Source: the human T2T-CHM13v2.0 reference genome, Homo sapiens. From it: 64,000 nucleotides of DNA. The stretch lies in the NCBI RefSeq assembly GCF_009914755.1, contig NC_060939.1; one strand, 5' to 3'. A program made the translations under genes and the position numbers. Shown here piece after piece: positions 62,746 to 64,000 of this stretch (positions are counted from its first letter, which is position 1; each line of letters starts with the position of its first letter). The notes beneath the pieces are model-generated. The model saw only the letters and a list, made by a program, of their open reading frames with translations. It made no database searches and was not told the origin of the DNA.

Positions 62746-63794
62746 TCTTAGGAAACAAAGATATTTTTCTCTTGCTCATAACAGACACAGGTGAGAGTTT
62801 TGGCTGGCAGTCAGCCTGCCCCACATAGACAATCAGGGACTGCATTCCTTAGTATTGCATGGTTCCACCATATCTGGGTTCTAGCAGGTGGGAAAGCAGA
62901 AGGAAATGGAGAGAAGCCACATGCTCTATCATAAGCTACACCTGAAGACACATATCCTGTGCTCATATCCACTGGGGACAGCTTAGATCCTTGCCAAACC
63001 TTACTGAAAGGGTGGCTGGAAAATGTTGTCTTGCCATGTGCCCACCTCCAACTCAATTACTGTAGAAGGAAAAATAGATTGTGGTGATTAAAAGGACCAT
63101 GGTTTAAATTGTCAACAAGTCAGTTTCTCTTTAATGTCCCCTGATCCCTTCCTTTAGTATTTGACTTCCCTCTCATCTCAGTTCTCTCCTCTGCTGGATT
63201 CTGGGCCTGCTCATTTTGGGTAGGAGCCCACATGAGGTATCCTGGGGCCTGTTCTCTTTATTCCACTCCAGTGGATAACCCACTAGGTACCTGACACTTT
63301 TGAGATGCCCTGATCCACACTCTTGCAGCTCTCCTCAATTCTTTATTAATCAAGTTTTCTGGGTCTATAAGGGCTTTCCAGGCCTTCCAAGGCAGGTTAA
63401 TATCATAGGAATGTCCCTGGGAATAATCATGTCTTGAATCTCTGCCAATTACACTTCCAACTTTTGATGACCTTGGCCAAATTACTTAATCTCTGAGCTG
63501 AATTGTTTATATTTGTAAAATTGGGATAATTCTTACTCTCCTTCCCTCATGAGACTCTTTTGTGAAAACAACTGAGATAAAAAATTAAAAAGCGTTTTTC
63601 AGCAGGTAACACACTGTTACAAAGTTTATTAAAATTTCCCTAATGTAACAGATAAAATAATTATTTGCTCTTTTTTGCTGAGTATTAAAGTTGACTCTAC
63701 TTTTAGCAAAAATAAAATATTCTATATAAATAATAATAGTATATTATCAATAAATGAAATAAAGTATCTTTGTATGTTGCTTTTTTTTTTTTTT

Positions 63795-64000
63795 GGCAGA
63801 GCAAGATAATGGAATAGAAACGTATACTATTCATCCCCACAGCTAGAACACCAAATTTTAACAACTATCTGCACACAGATAGACACTGTCACAGAAACTA
63901 AAAACCGGGTACCAACTCAGCCTCAGTGGAATAGAGCAACAAGCAGGCTCTTGGGGGCCCTGAGTCCAGGCCTAGGCTCTTGGACAGCATTTCTGGACCT
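63795..64000 (+). mobile_element. Start of an old L1 5'UTR, running off the window
   Basis: ggcagagcaagat...gaatagaa and ggacagcatttctggacct motifs typical of L1M/L1MA 5' ends. Confidence 0.6.

Overview
Primate (human-like; AluY present) AT-rich genomic DNA with no intact protein-coding gene that I can recognise. 1-16.6 kb is a nested retroelement stack. An old L1MA (+) is split by a full-length L1PA15/16-type element (-). That element carries a ~770 bp polyadenylated non-repeat retrocopy, several Alus, and an internally deleted L1PB (-) with a ~380 bp 3' transduction. 16.6-48 kb is comparatively repeat-poor. It holds a series of minus-strand exon-like segments with GT-AG boundaries, partly compatible phases and scattered stops, which suggests an unidentified decayed multi-exon gene or spliced lncRNA (inference), plus a small CpG/TF-motif cluster near 41.8 kb. 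49-64 kb is again repeat-dominated (L1MB, L1PA, Alus, THE1, MER1A/3/33/58, MIR/L2). Repeat subfamily names come from recalled consensus features and need RepeatMasker confirmation. Most ORFs in the supplied track are repeat-derived.
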